A stretch of DNA of 64,000 bases from Isurus oxyrinchus (lineage: Eukaryota). Positions 1 through 12,435 of this stretch are shown here, piece after piece (positions within the stretch are counted from its first letter, which is position 1; each line of letters opens with the position of its first letter). A program made the translations under genes and the position numbers. Location: positions 108,190,001-108,254,000 of the forward strand of contig JANJGN010000004.1 in the NCBI GenBank assembly GCA_026770705.1, given 5' to 3'. The notes under the pieces are model-generated. The model ran no database searches and had not been told where the DNA came from. It saw only the letters and a list, made by a program, of their open reading frames with translations.

Positions 1-494
1 CTGAATGCAGGCACAATTTGCTATTCCGTGGCTGTTTGTAGCTGCCTACAAATATTTATCTATGGTATTTTTTTTTCAAGTTTATTAGGGTGCAATATTG
101 CATCTATCGTTAATTTTTCAAGTTCATACGCTACAGGGTGAAATACTACTGTGGTTAAGCCTATTTACCTTTTAGTCGTATTGTAATTTTTGGGTAATAA
201 CCCTTTTTCGAAAAGAAAAACTTTTATTGCAAGAGGTGGGTAAACGGCATTTTTCTGTTCTGTCTTTCCCTGGGTTTCGCCAGCTCTTAAGTAACTCATC
301 ACTTTCTGCTGAGCTCAGTGAATCAAGCTTTTGTCTTTACGTTCTGAAGTTGGTCTTTGTATCAAACATTCCAAACTGTATCGACATGGTGTGTGTGATA
401 CTGCACCTTCTTTACTCAACAAGTTCAAGAATTGTCTTATTCCGTCAATTCTTCTTGGCTTGTGATTTCTTTCCTCGGAAAAATACAACTAAAT

Positions 495-720
495 ATTGCA
501 TTTCGATAGCGGCATTCATGACCTCAGGATGTCCCAAAGAGCTTTGCAGCCAATGAATTACTTCTGAAGTGTAGTCACTATTGTAATGTAGGAAATGCTG
601 CAAATATGCCTTGCACAGCCAGCTCCCACCAACAGCAATGTGATAATGTCCACATAATCTATGTTAGCCGTGTTGGTTGAGGGATAAATAGTAGCCAGGA
701 CACCAGGGAGAACACTTATG
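495..720 (-). mobile_element. Deu-type (SacSINE1/AmnSINE-like) SINE, 3' part
   Basis: Same tail (gtagtcactattgtaatgtaggaaa...aacagcaatgtgataat...tgttggttgagggataaat) recurs at about 11790, 23935 and, in the opposite orientation, 50171. The family name is from memory. Confidence 0.65.
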
Positions 721-1078
721 TTAATGCCATATAAAAGCACCAACACAAAAGCCTAGAAAGCTTTTATGCCGTACATTCTAACAACACCCTGTCTCCTAAT
801 CACCACCGCTGAGAGTCCCTGATCTTTAGCTGAGCTTCCTGACTGACTATGTGCCTGACATTGCCCAGCTAGATCTGGCAAGGCTGACGTCAAAGCTCCC
901 TTCCTTCCGATCCCATTCCTTTCCCCCACTGCTTGCTCACTCACACTGAGCCTGTTCTCAATGCTTTGCTCTATCATGAGCTGAGTTTCAAGCTGCATCT
1001 CCAAACCCGTTAGTCAGTGCAAAGTTCACCTGCAAACACTGCGCGCCTCCAGCCCTTGGATGTCTTGATATATTAAAA

Positions 1079-1226
1079 CAGGGGTTGGCAACCTATGGCA
1101 TGCGTGCCAAAGCTGGCATGTGAGACGATCGTCCAATCTGAGCAACCAGAGCCGCAGGCATGACAGACTGCCTTAAAAACATCAGAGCTGGAGCTTTTTA
1201 AAGCCGGTCTGTTGGTGTCAGTGTCA
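1079..1226. mobile_element. hAT-like element end
   Basis: Begins CAGGGGTTGGCAACCTATGGCATGCGTGCCA, a hAT/Charlie-type terminus; I did not find the matching end. Confidence 0.45.
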
Positions 1227-1239
1227 ATTTCACTGAGGT

Positions 1240-1565
1240 AAAAGCAAAACACTGATTGGAGGGGTAGGGGGTTGGAGGAGGTGGGGACGGTGTGGGGAGC
1301 TTGAGGGGAGTGGGTGTTGGATGCTGGAAATCTGAAACAAAAACAAAAATCGCTGGAAAAACTCAGCAGCTCTGACAGCATCTGTGGAGAGGAAGGCAGA
1401 GTTAGCGTTTCGAGTACGTATGACTCTTCATCAGAATTGAAGAGGAATAGGAAATGTGGTGAAATATAGGCTGTTTAAGGGGGGGTGGGACAGGTGGAGC
1501 TGGATAGAGGGCCAGTGATAGGTAGAGGCAAAGGAGAGATTGCCAAAGATGTTAGAAACAAAAGG
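1240..1565 (-). mobile_element. Penelope-like terminal repeat (pLTR) fragment with hammerhead motif, interrupted by a G-rich insert
   Basis: Same terminus as other PLE copies (aaaagcaaaa..actg..gatgctggaaatctgaaacaaaaac). Hammerhead core on the minus strand near 1401-1437: CTGATGA a GAGT..ACTC GAAA. Degenerate 13-bp TSD atttcactgaggt (1227-1239) / atttcacagagtt (1566-1578). Confidence 0.75.
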
Positions 1566-1764
1566 ATTTCACAGAGTTGTTGCGCTGCTGCTTCCAACCT
1601 TCAGGCAGCAGGGTGACGCCGATATTTTATTTTCGAAAAGCCCGCCAGAAAGCTGAAGCTGCTCGAAGGTCAGCATCAGAGTGGCAACTGTCAGGAGAGA
1701 GCTCGCAAGTGAAAAACGGTAGGTCAAATCCCCGCAATTCTAGAATTAATTGGATGCTGTGTGT

Positions 1765-2000
1765 GGTTTGGGGGGAGGGGGGTGTGTCAGGGAGTTTGGA
1801 GGGGTGGGGTGTTGGGGAGAGGTGGGGGTTGGGGGGAGGTGGAGAGGGGGTGGGGGGTTGGGGGGAGGTGGAGAAGGGGTGGGGGAGGGTGATTGGAGGA
1901 GTAGGGAGTTGGAGGAGGTGGGGATGATGTAGGGAGCTTGAGGGGAGTGGGTGTTGGACGAGGGAAGTTTGGGGAGGAGGTTGGAGGGGAGGTTATGGGG
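1765..2000 (+). repeat. G-rich low-complexity tract with G-quadruplex potential
   Basis: Dense runs of GGGG separated by 1-5 nt (ggggtggggg/gggggaggt units). Confidence 0.85.
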
Positions 2001-2124
2001 TAATTATATATAGAGGCTTTATAAACGCTAAAATGTATTACTGGCAAGCGAAACCCTAAATTAGACTGAATAAATGAAGAGCCGGCACACCACTTCTGAA
2101 AAGTTGCTGTGCCCTGTATTAAAA

Positions 2125-2520
2125 GTACTTCTTCTTCAGGTGCCATGTTTTGCAATGTCAGCAATCATGGTTCTGCGACTTTCAGGGTTTTTGATAACGG
2201 TCAACATCTTGGTTTTGTTCTCAAATCTTATACCTGTTCTGCTTCCGTCAGTCTATTTCCTCCTTTGTCTTCCAGTTGCTCTTCTACCCTCAGCTTTACC
2301 AGTCACCATTCTAGTTTCTCTCTCCTATGTACGTGCCTAAGGAATTATAATTGTCTCTTGGCGATCATGTATAGAAGTTCTTGTGTGCCACTTTCCTCAA
2401 AATTTCCTCAACTTAGTTGTGTGTGTTGTCCAGCTAATCCTCATCATCGGTCTCAGGAACCTGCTGCCTTTAATTTACCTTCCAATTTATCTTAGGTGTA
2501 GATTATTGTTGTAATGTAAG
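2125..2520 (-). mobile_element. RTE-clade LINE 3' fragment, decayed
   Basis: The minus strand reads, with frameshifts, MMRISWTTHTT...LLYMIAKRQL*FLRHVHRREKL...VTGKAEGRRATGRQRRK...RTMIADIAKHGT*, followed by a (GAA)n tail. This is the typical RTE ORF C-terminus. Confidence 0.7.
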
Positions 2521-2799
2521 GAGGTCGGAGAGAAATTTTTGAGAGTACCTTTCCCTTGTTGCCGCTAGTTTTGTTCCTTGATTTGCCTCTCCTAGGGGAT
2601 TACAGGGTTGCACGGGTGAGAAGGAGGACAGGGGTATTGAGTGGGAGGTGGAGCAGAAGAAAGAAGCCTTGTTATGTCTGTAAAATATGTTCCATCCAAC
2701 AGTGAGACCTCCTGCTGAAGTAGTGTAGCTCCTGCCCCCATCCGAGTCTTTATAAACTGACTGGCACTTTGGAAAACATTTTGTCAACCTGCAATTTTT

Positions 2800-3352
2800 A
2801 AAAAATTCATTCATGGGATATGGGCGCTGCTGGCTAGCATTTATATCCTATCCCTAAATGCGCTTGAGAAAGTGCTAGGTGAGCTGCGTTCTTGAACCAC
2901 TACACCCACAGTTTTATTAGGGAAGGAGTTTTGACCTAGCGAAGGAACAGCGATATATTTCCAAATCAGGATGGTGAGTGACTTGGAGGGGAAATTCTAG
3001 GTGATGGTGTTCCCGTCTATCTGCTACCCTTGTCCTTCTGGATGGTAGTGGTCGTGGGTTTGGAAGGTGCTGACGAAGGAGCCTTGGTGAGTTCCTGCAG
3101 TACATCTTGTAGATGGTACACGTTGCTGCCACTATACATCAATGGTGGAGGGAGTGAATGTTTGTGGTTGGGTTGCCAATCAAGCGGGCTGCTTTGTCCT
3201 GGATGGTGTCAAGTTTCTTGAGTGTTGTTGGAGCTGCGCTCATCCAGACATGAGGGGATTATTTGATCACACTCCTGACCTGTGCTTTGTGTGGACAGGC
3301 TTTGGGAGTGGGGAGGTGAGTAACTCGTCGCAGGATTCCTAGCCTCTGACCT
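2800..3352 (-). mobile_element. CR1-clade LINE 3' fragment (family with ATGA-type tail)
   Basis: Homologous to 44250-45220, 49304-49990 and 59290-59500 (MAATCTIYKMYCRNSPRLLRQHLPNPRPLP). Confidence 0.75.
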
Positions 3353-3642
3353 GTATATCTATATTGAGTTAGCTAGGCCTGAATAATACCCTCCAAAAAC
3401 AGGAGCAAAACGCATATGCTCCAACGTATTACTGAACACAAAGACATCGGGTTGCGTTTCTAGTGTCATCACTCCAGTCTGGGATAATACAGTTAGCGGG
3501 CGTTTTGGAAATCAGGAGTCTGCCCGTGCTATACAAATTGAAGGTAATAGGCTGGTTGTGCTCATTAAAAAGGCAATTGACTGCGATAATACGTGCAGAA
3601 TGGAATAAAACGCTTTTAGAGTGGAAATTACATCAGCCAGCA

Positions 3643-5577
3643 TGGTCTGAGGGCCCTTAGCTTCTTCCTCAAACAGAGGCCTGAACAATCCCCATCCACC
3701 ACTACTCTGCTCCATCTGGCTGAACTTGTTCTCACACTGAACAATTTCTCCTTCAACTCCTCTCACTTCCTCCAAATAAAAGGTGTGGCTATGGGTACCT
3801 GCATGGGCCCCAGCTATGCCTGTCTCTTTATGGGGTATATGGAACATTCCTTGTTCCAGTCCTACTCCGGCCCCCTTCCACAACTCTTTCTCCGGTACAT
3901 CGATGATTACTTCGGTGCTGCTTCATGCTCTCGTCGGGACTTGGAAAAATTTATTAATTTTGCTTCCAATCTCCACCCCTCCATCATTTTCACGTGGTCC
4001 ATCTCTGACACTTCCCTTCCCTTCCTTGACCTCTCTGTCTCAATCTCTGGTGATAGACTGTCCACCAATATCCATTACAAACCCACCAACTCCCACAGCT
4101 ACCTCGACTACAGCTCCTCACACCCCGCTTCCTGTAAGGACTCCATCCCATTCTCTCAGTTCCTTCACCTCCGTCGCATCTGTTCCGATGATGCTACCTT
4201 CAAAAATGGTTCCTCTGACATGTCCTCCTTCTTCCTTAACCGAGGTTTTCCACCCACGGTCGTTGACAGGGCCCTCAACCGTGTCCGGCCCATCTCCCGC
4301 GCATCCGCCCTCATGCCTTCTCCTCCCTCCCAGAAACGTGATAGGGTCTCCCTTGTCCTCAACAAAAACAGAATTACCTGGAGAAACTCAGCAGGTCTGG
4401 CAGCATCGGCGGAGAAGAAAAGAGTTGACGTTTCGAGTCCTCATGACCCTTCGACAGAACCCTTGTCCTCACTTATCACCCTACCAGCCTCCGCATTCAA
4501 AGGATCATCCTCCGCCATTTCCGCCAACTCCAGCATGATGCCACCACCAAACACATCTTCCCTTCACCCCCCCTATCAGCATTCCGTAGGGATCGCTCCC
4601 TCCAGGACACCCTGGTCCACTCCTCCATCACCCCCTACTCCTCAACTCCCTCCTATGGCACCACCCCATACCCACGCAAAAGATGCAACACCTGCCCCTT
4701 CACTTCCTCTCTCCTCACCGTCCAAGGGCCCAAACACTCCTTTCAAGTGAAGCAGCATTTCACTTGCATTTCCCCCAACTTAGTCCACTGCATTCGTTGC
4801 TCCCAATGTGGTCTCCTCTACATTGGAGAGACCAAACGTAAACTGGGCGACCGCTTTGCAGAACATCTGCGGTCTGTCTGCAAAAATGACCCAAACCTCC
4901 CTGTCGCTTGCCATTTTAACACTCCACCCTGCTCTCTTGCCCACATGTCTGTCCTTGGCTTGCTGTATTGTTCCAGTGAAGCCCAACGCAAACTGGAGGA
5001 ACAACACCTCATCTTCCGACTAGGCACTTTACAGCCTTCCGGACTGAATATTGAATTCAACAACTTTAGGTCTTGAGCTCCCTCCTCCATCCCCACCCCC
5101 TTTCTGTTTCCCCCTTCCTTTTGTTTTTTTCCAATAAATTATATAGATTTTTCTTTTCCCACCTATTTCCATTATTTTTAAATATTTTTAAATCTTTTAT
5201 GCTCTCCCCACCCTCACTAGAGCTATACCTTCCATTCTTAATTAGCACATTCGTTTGGATAATATCACCAACTTTAACACCTATGTATTCTTTTGTTCTA
5301 TTGTTGGTGACATCTTTTGATGATCTGCTTCTATCACTGCTTGTTTGTCCCTACAACCACACCAACCCCCTCCACTTCTCTCTCCCTCTCTCTCTCTCCA
5401 CCCCCCCCCCCCCACCCCACACACACACACCTTAAACCAGCTTATATTTCAACTCTTTCTTGGACTCGAACTGAAGTTCTGTCGAAGGGTCATGAGGACT
5501 CAAAACGTCAACTCTTTTCTTCTCCGCCGATGCTGCCAGACCTGTTGAGTTTTTCCAGGTAATTCTGTTTTTGTTTT
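3643..5577 (+). mobile_element. 5'-truncated Penelope-like retroelement (probably Neptune group): RT + Cys linker + GIY-YIG endonuclease + pLTR
   Basis: RT motifs QIKGVAMGTCMGPSYACLFM, LRYIDD, LPFLD; linker RCNTC; endonuclease LVHCIRCSQCGLLYIGETKRKLGDRFAEH...VACHFN...GLN, stop at 5076; then a 3' repeat with a hammerhead motif at 5475-5513. Confidence 0.92.
4362..4459 (-). mobile_element. Short inverted PLE terminus inserted into the PLE ORF
   Basis: Near-exact reverse complement of about 5477-5575, flanked by the 12-bp direct repeat CCCTTGTCCTCA (4350-4361, 4460-4471). Confidence 0.9.
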
Positions 5578-6674
5578 AGCCTAATTTCCTGATTGCTCAT
5601 CAGGCAGGCTGTAATGGTGGGTTGTCTGAGGGCAGAGTTAAATCTTGGCTGTTCAGTGTTCTTTGACCACTGGAAATGCTTTGTTGGAGAAGTAGATGTA
5701 TACAGACTTCAATTCATGATTTAAGAACCTGAGACCTTATGCAGACGGGCCATTTCTGCATTGTGCAGCTAAAGAGGCCAGAACAACCCTTTAAATTACA
5801 GGCTGTGACCTCGATTCGGGTCACGGCCAATGAGCTGCAACACTGGATATCCTTCCCTTCTGCTCCGACTGGGCGGGATGTTCTCAGTCTATAGTCCGGG
5901 ACCCGCCCAGCACTCTTAATTGGCCCAATTGGTGCTTTATTCGGTGTCTTTGGGTGGCAGGCTTAGAAGTATCCGCATATCATTCAGCCCCTAGTTTGGG
6001 CAGAGTTGGTAGTGGGGAGGCTGATTTGTATAATTGGCCTCAGCACCCCTTGTTTTGGGAGTTAAAATTAAAATCAGCCGAGGAAGAGTGAACATGAAGG
6101 AAGACAAAAGCCTCCTGAAGCAGCTGTGGACCGAGAAAACCTTCTCCAGGGTGAGTTAAACATTGGCTTTTAACATAATGTCTTCATTCTCTTGTATGAC
6201 CATCTCTCAGATTTGTTTTCTTGATACTTTAGTGTACTTTTCCAAAAGGTCTGAGCCTCTGATTAGTGAAGCTGACACAACTGAAGAAAAATACGGTAGG
6301 AATCGATCAAATTAAATGTTTTGCTGATGTGACGTTTTAGCCTTTGTGATATTCTGTATAGTATAGTGGAGTCGTTACCTGTGTTCTACATGTGAAGAAA
6401 CAAAGGACATCTCAGGGAGAAAAACTGCCATCCAAGCACACACAGTTACATAGTGTAGCCCGATAAACACTAACCACTTCCTGCATGTTTGTTATAAACT
6501 CCGCCAGGATTTCACATTGAAAGAAGTATGTAATATGGAATGAGTATGTCAACGTTTTACTTCATATTCTTCCAGAGGTTGGAGACTTATTCCCGTCGAT
6601 AGTCCTATGGGCACCAACATCTATCTGGTGCGTTGCTCAGATAGTCATTTCCCAAGTATAAGTCCAACAAGGAG

Positions 6675-6880
6675 GCCAGTTAGCTCAGCTGGCTAGATGG
6701 CTAGTGTGTGTTTCAGAATTATGCCAACAGCATGGGTTTAATTCCCGTTCTGGCTGAGGCAGACTTGAGACGTGGCTCTTCACCCTGCCCCAGAGAGTGG
6801 AAGGCCACCACTGCCAAAAACTGCCAAGAAAACAGCTCAGGATGAAGCATCAGCACACAATGAGGCAAGGATCTGCCTTT
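6675..6880 (+). mobile_element. tRNA-derived SINE
   Basis: A-box-like TAGCTCAGCTGG and B-box-like GGTTTAATTCC, but no complete cloverleaf. Confidence 0.5.
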
Positions 6881-6884
6881 GGGC

Positions 6885-8030
6885 AGAGCACTCATGGAAC
6901 GGAATGGAAGTCCAACAAGAGTACAAAAGCAAGGAGGTTATGGTAAACACTTATGCATCACTGGTAGACCTAAGCTGGAGAACTGTGTCCAATTCTGGAC
7001 ACCACACTTTAAGAAAGATTTAAAGGCCTTGAGAGGGTGCAAAAGAGATTTATCAAAGTATTACCAGGGATGTGAAACTTCAGTAATAGGAGACATATGG
7101 ATCTGGGATTGTTCTCCTTAGGGCAGCGAAGATTAAGGGGAAATTTGATAGAGGCGTTCAAAATCATGAGGGGTTTTGATAGAGCAGATAGGGAGAAATT
7201 GTTTCCAGTGGAAGGGAGGTTCATAAGCAGAGGACATGTTGAAGATATTCGACAAAAAAATCCACGGGGGATAATGAACATTTTTTTAGGTTGAAACGCA
7301 TTGCCTGGAAGAGCAGTGGAAACAGATTCAGTAGTAACTTTCAAAAGGGAATTGGATAAATACTTGAAAAGAAAAAAAAAATGAAGTTCTTTCAGGAAAC
7401 ATAAGAACATACGAAGTAGGAGCTGGAGTAGGCCATTCAGCCCTTTGAGCCCACTCTACCATTCAATGAGATCATGCCTGATCTATTTCCACACCATTTT
7501 CCTGCACTATCCCTGTATCCCTTGATATTTTTAACATGTAAAAATCTGTCAGTTTCTGTCTTGAACATACTCAATGACTGAGCCTCCACAGCCCTTTGGA
7601 GTAGAGAATTCCAAAGATTCATCACCCCAGTGGAGAAATTCCCCCTCCTCTCAGACCTAAATGGCCTGCCCCTTATTCTGAGTACGTGCCCCCTGGTTTT
7701 AGAGCCCCCCCAGCCAGGGGAAACATCCTGCCTATATCTACCCTGTTGAGCCCTGTAAGAATTTTGCATATTTGAATGTGATCACCTCTCATTCTTCTAA
7801 ACTCCAGAGAATAAAGGCCCAGTCTATTTAATCTTTCCTCAGAGGATAATCCTGCCATCCCAGGAATTAGTTTGGTGAACCTTCATCGTACTTCCTCTAT
7901 GGCAAGTATATCTTTCCTTAGGTAAGGAGACCAAAACTGCACATGATACTCCATGTGTGGTCTCACCAACAAAGAACATGGGAGGATGGGACTATTTGGA
8001 TTCCTCGTTCAAGGAGAATGTTGAAGACAA
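6885..8030 (+). mobile_element. CR1 LINE 3' fragment with a nested opposite-strand CR1 (about 7395-7970)
   Basis: Plus strand: RPKLENCVQFWTPHFKKD...LGLFSLGQRRLRGNLIEAFKIMRG. Nested minus copy: EERLNRLGLYSLEFRRMRGD, with a CR1 tail at about 7400. Confidence 0.8.
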
Positions 8031-8754
8031 TGTGTTGCTCTTCCTTGAATAGTGCATAGGGTTTATCATATTCATTTGAACGTGTTAGAAGATACTTCAG
8101 TTTGATGTCTCATCCAAAAGACAGCCCCTCCAACAACATAGTGTTCCCTCAGTGCTGAGGCGCCGCAGCGAAGCGTTGGCCAAGATTGTGTGGTCAATCG
8201 AGTCTTGGAGGAGGCCTGAACCAACAGTTTTTTAATTCGGAGGTGAGTGTGTAACACTGCGCCAAGCTGACAGTTTGTTAAAATTAGGGATGGGCTGACA
8301 AGGAGCAACCCTCCAGTATTGTCTTGGTGTCTCTAGAAGTTGCAGATAAATTTCCTGGAAAATATTATCAGCAGCCCAGCAGAGAAGTTATAGGGCATTT
8401 AAAAACAATTGTGTTTTTTCTTTTTACACTCTGGTTTATGAATTGTAAAGAAAAATTGGAGATTGGGGAGGCTAAGATTGTTTGACTGACAGTAAAGAAT
8501 CATCCAACGAAGAGTCATTTGGCTTTCCAGTTGGCCATGGGAAGGTGGACATCTTGTAGACAAACATTCAGGTGACCAACGGCAGGAACATAGGGATTGA
8601 GCAGCTGGAGGCTGAAGATCACACGATGAACTGTCCAAGACTACATTCGACTTGAGTTGGCGAACAGATTGAAACCTGTTCAAACTTATTTTGCTTAGAA
8701 CTTTTACAGTTGTTGAGGGAAGGAACTTCATCCTGTTAGTCAGGACTGACTTCA

Positions 8755-10355
8755 AAACATAGGAACAGGAGAAGGCCATTCAGTCCCTTGCATCTGTTCT
8801 ACCATTCAGTTAGATTATGGTTGATCCGTACCTTAACTCCAACTATTTGCCTTGGATTCATAGCTTAATACCCTTAACCAACAAAAAACTACCACTCTCA
8901 ATATTGAAATTTTAAGTTGACTGCCAGCCTCAACAGCTTTTTGATGGGGGCGAGAGTTTCAGATTTTCACTAACCTTTGTGTGAAGAAGTGCTTCCTGAC
9001 ATCACCCCTAAACAGCCTAGCTCCAACTTTAAACCTTTGTTCTAGGCTCCCCCCACCAGAAGAAATAGTTTCTCTCTATTTACCCTATCAACTCCTTCAG
9101 CCATCTTAAACACCACAATTAGATTACTCCATAATCTTCTATACTCCAATAGTCCCCAATAATTTAACTCTTTTTAATCTGGTGAACCTATGTCACCTCC
9201 CCTCCAAGGTTATGAGATGAGACCGGTGCCCAGTCCTATATTAGAAAGCACAATGTGGTGACCCATTTCTCCCAGTAATCTCACTCTGCTGTAATATTTT
9301 GTGTATTGAATCAAGTATACGGGGAATTAATATAAAAATAGTTCTATTCTAACGCCTTTGTGACAGTACAAATGTATATTAAATTGGATTTAATTTCTCA
9401 CCAACTTCAAAAAACCACAACATGGAAAAGCAGGAAACGCTCGTGCTAACTGGGAAAGAGGATCAGACATACTTCTGAGTGCGATTCGCTCCAACTAAAT
9501 TCATTAGTCCTTGTTCCCCTCCCCTCCCCCACCCCACCCAGCTACATAGAGCTGAAATATGCCATCAGGGGCTGTGGATATTGTAGTGATGCCCTTACCT
9601 TATCCTCTGGACGTCAACCACTTTGATTACATACGGTTATATGGAATATACAGCACAAAAACAGGCCATTTGGCCCAAGCAGTCCATGCCGGCATTTTTG
9701 CCACACTTGAGCTCCTCTCGTATTTCGTTATCTAACTCTTAACATTGTAACCCTCTATCCCCTTCTCTCTCAAATACTTATTGAGCATCCCTTTAAACAC
9801 ATCTACTCTAATCACTTCAACCACGACCTGTGGTGGCAAATTCCACATTCTTACCACTTTTTGGGTGAAGAATTTTCTTCCAGATTCCCTATTTGATTTC
9901 TTGGCAATTGATGGCCTTGCTCTCTGCAAATTTTTTCTCTTCCGTTAATGATCCAATTCCCTTTTCCAAGCCTCAACTGAATCTGCCTTCACCACACTCT
10001 CAGGCGGTACATTGCAGATACTAACCATTTGCTGTGTTAAAAAAAAGTTGTTCCTCATGTCACCTTTGGTTCTCTAGCCAATCATCTTCAACCATTGACC
10101 TCTGCTTCTTAACCCTTCTGCCAATGGGAACAGTTTCTTGCTATCTACTCTGTCCAGGTCCCTCATAATTTTACATATGCATTAGGAGCAGGAGTAGGTC
10201 ATTCGGCCCCTCCAGCCTACTGGGCCATTCAATAAGATCATGGTGATCTGATCGCTGCCTCAACTCCACTTTCCTTTGTACGCCCTATAACCTTTGACTC
10301 CCTTGTCAATCAATTTTGAAAACCTCAATCAAATCTCCTCTCAATCTTCTCTTCT
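8755..10355 (-). mobile_element. Cluster of short CR1 3'-end fragments
   Basis: Repeated tails (ataggaacaggagaaggccattcag; FFTQKVVRMWNLPPQVVVE) near 8755-9200, 9630-9930 and 9950-10355. Confidence 0.65.
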
Positions 10356-10639
10356 GTAAATAACACTATGAATATATTCTTTTGGAATACACTGATATCA
10401 CTGCACATGGCTACCACAGGAATTCTATTCTCTCCTCCATACTGTAAAATTGCAGCAACTGAGCTTCATAAAAATGTTCTCCAACCCAGGGAAGAGTTGC
10501 TACTTGCTGCCTCCCAATGCCAAACTAATTTGCAATGACCACGAGCACCACAGCCAGAGCCCAACCGTACCAGTGTGAAGTCATTTCCTCCAGTGTATTC
10601 AATAACAGTCAACTAATGTTGCCCATTTTGTACTGTGTG

Positions 10640-11060
10640 CTGCATTCACATTGGTCTGCGTCTGACTGGCACAGTATAAGAACCAGATCCACTCCGTGGA
10701 GGTGAATGGAGCATTTGGGTTGTTGTTACTGGTATTGTACTCGTTGAGTTCTTCACGGACAGCCCAGGTCAGAAAGGGGTTGCCTTACCTCCTGTCTTCC
10801 TCCCTTTTCCTCATGCTGCTGCTGTGTAGCCAGTGGCAAGGGCTGTGCCCTCATGATGGCGAAGTTGTGCAGCATTGCAGCAGACCACAACAATTCTTGA
10901 CATCTCCTCTCTGCAGAGTTACGCAGGGATCCCCCCTCAAAAGGTCCAGACAGCGGACACACTTTGACACACCAACAGTCTGCTGTATCACATTTTATGC
11001 ATCAACCCGGGTGTGCTGGCTTGTGCTCTGGAGTCATCAGTTGTGTGGTCAGCAGATAAC
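10640..11060 (-). mobile_element. PIF/Harbinger transposase (DDE_Tnp_4/HARBI1-like) C-terminal fragment, decayed
   Basis: Frameshifted minus-strand peptide NVIQQTVGV..RCLD..GGSLRNSAER..SRIVVVCC.MLHNFAIMRAQPLP. Confidence 0.7.
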
Positions 11061-11789
11061 ATGATAGAAAATGTTACGATGAGTCAAGTGAAATTGTCTC
11101 ACCCAAGGCATCATATTTCCCAAGTTAAATGACCAGTCTCTCCAAAACAATGGTCACATCACACCATGAAATCATAGAACCTCCCAGCACCGAAGGAAGC
11201 TATTTGGCCCATCGTATCTGCACTGGCTCTTTGAAAGAGCTGTTGAATTAGTCCCACTCCACTGCTGTTCCCACATAGCCTTGTAATTTTCTCCCTTTCA
11301 AGTACATCTCCCTTACATAATCCACAGAAAACTCTTTTTGGAAGATACTATTGAATCCGCTTCTATTGCTCCTTCAGCCAGTGCATTCCAGATCACAACA
11401 GCTGTTTACGCATAAAAAACATTCTCCTCGTCTCACCCCGTTTCTTTTGCCATTTACCTTAAAAAGTTTTATTTATAACTTGAATTTTTTTTAGAATGTT
11501 GACTTTGTTGAAATCCTCTTTTCACTATTTTTCCTTCTAATTAGGTTGCGTTGTTGACCAATGTTTCCCTCGTTTGCAGACATGTGCAAATGGAAAGTTT
11601 GGGAATACAGGTAGGAAATACACTGTAATGAAATGATCCCTGCTGCAGAGTATTACACTTTATTAGCTGATCACAGCTAGAAGATCACTGAATATTCAAT
11701 GTTCAATTTTGAACCAGATAAAAGACAGGGATAGGATTCATAAATTGCAATCTTCTCCTCAACAATATGTAGACTTTTCATCTGAAAGA

Positions 11790-12345
11790 AAGAATTGCAT
11801 TTATATAGCACCTTTCACAACTGTCAGGCATCTCAAAGTGCTTTATAGGCAACAAAGTATTTTTTGAAGTCTGGTCGCTGTTGTAATGTGGGAAACACAG
11901 CAGCCAAGTTGAACACAGCAGGTTCCCACAAACAGCAATATTATAATGACCAGATAATCTGTATTAGTGATGTTGATTGAGGGATAAGTATTGGCCAGGA
12001 CACCGGGAAGAACTCCAATGAAAACAGCAAGTGCTGAAATACTCAGCAGGTCTGGCAGCATCTGTGGAGCGAGAAACCGAGTTAACGTTTCGAGTCCAAT
12101 ATGACTCTACTTCAAAATTGGAGCTGACTAAGTTTGCCAGTTCTGGGCGAGAGCAGGAAGCGGCACCGATACGGTCATCGATGTACTGGAAAAAGAGTTG
12201 GGGCAGGGACCCTGAGTAGGATTGGAACAAGGAATGTTCCACATACCCCACAAAGAGACAGGCATCATTAGGACCCATGTGGGTACCCATAACTTCTGAT
12301 TCAGAGATGAGAGTGCTACCAATAGAAGCATGGTTGCAGTTGCTA
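11790..12345 (-). mobile_element. Deu-type SINE interrupted by an internally deleted PLE (about 12020-12290)
   Basis: SINE tail at 11790-12018 and head at about 12291-12345. Between them, PLE RT (MGTHMGPNDACLFVGYVEHSLFQSY...YIDD) is joined directly to a pLTR end. Confidence 0.75.
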
Positions 12346-12435
12346 TCTACCAGTCCCTGTTCAATGATGGGTGTTTGTGGATGCCAAGCAAGGAGAGAAA
12401 CCACTTTGGCTGTGTTGTTCCTGTGGACAGATAAC

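Noticed and set aside
1577-2164. Gly-rich and Pro-rich ORFs
   Set aside because: Artefacts of the G-rich low-complexity tract.
3785-4750. 321-aa ORF as a novel RT fusion with a Pro/Ser-rich tail
   Set aside because: The tail is out-of-frame translation caused by the 110-nt insertion.
6675-6760. tRNA gene
   Set aside because: Has A/B-box-like motifs but no complete cloverleaf; better explained as a SINE head. The same applies to 29740 and 38985.
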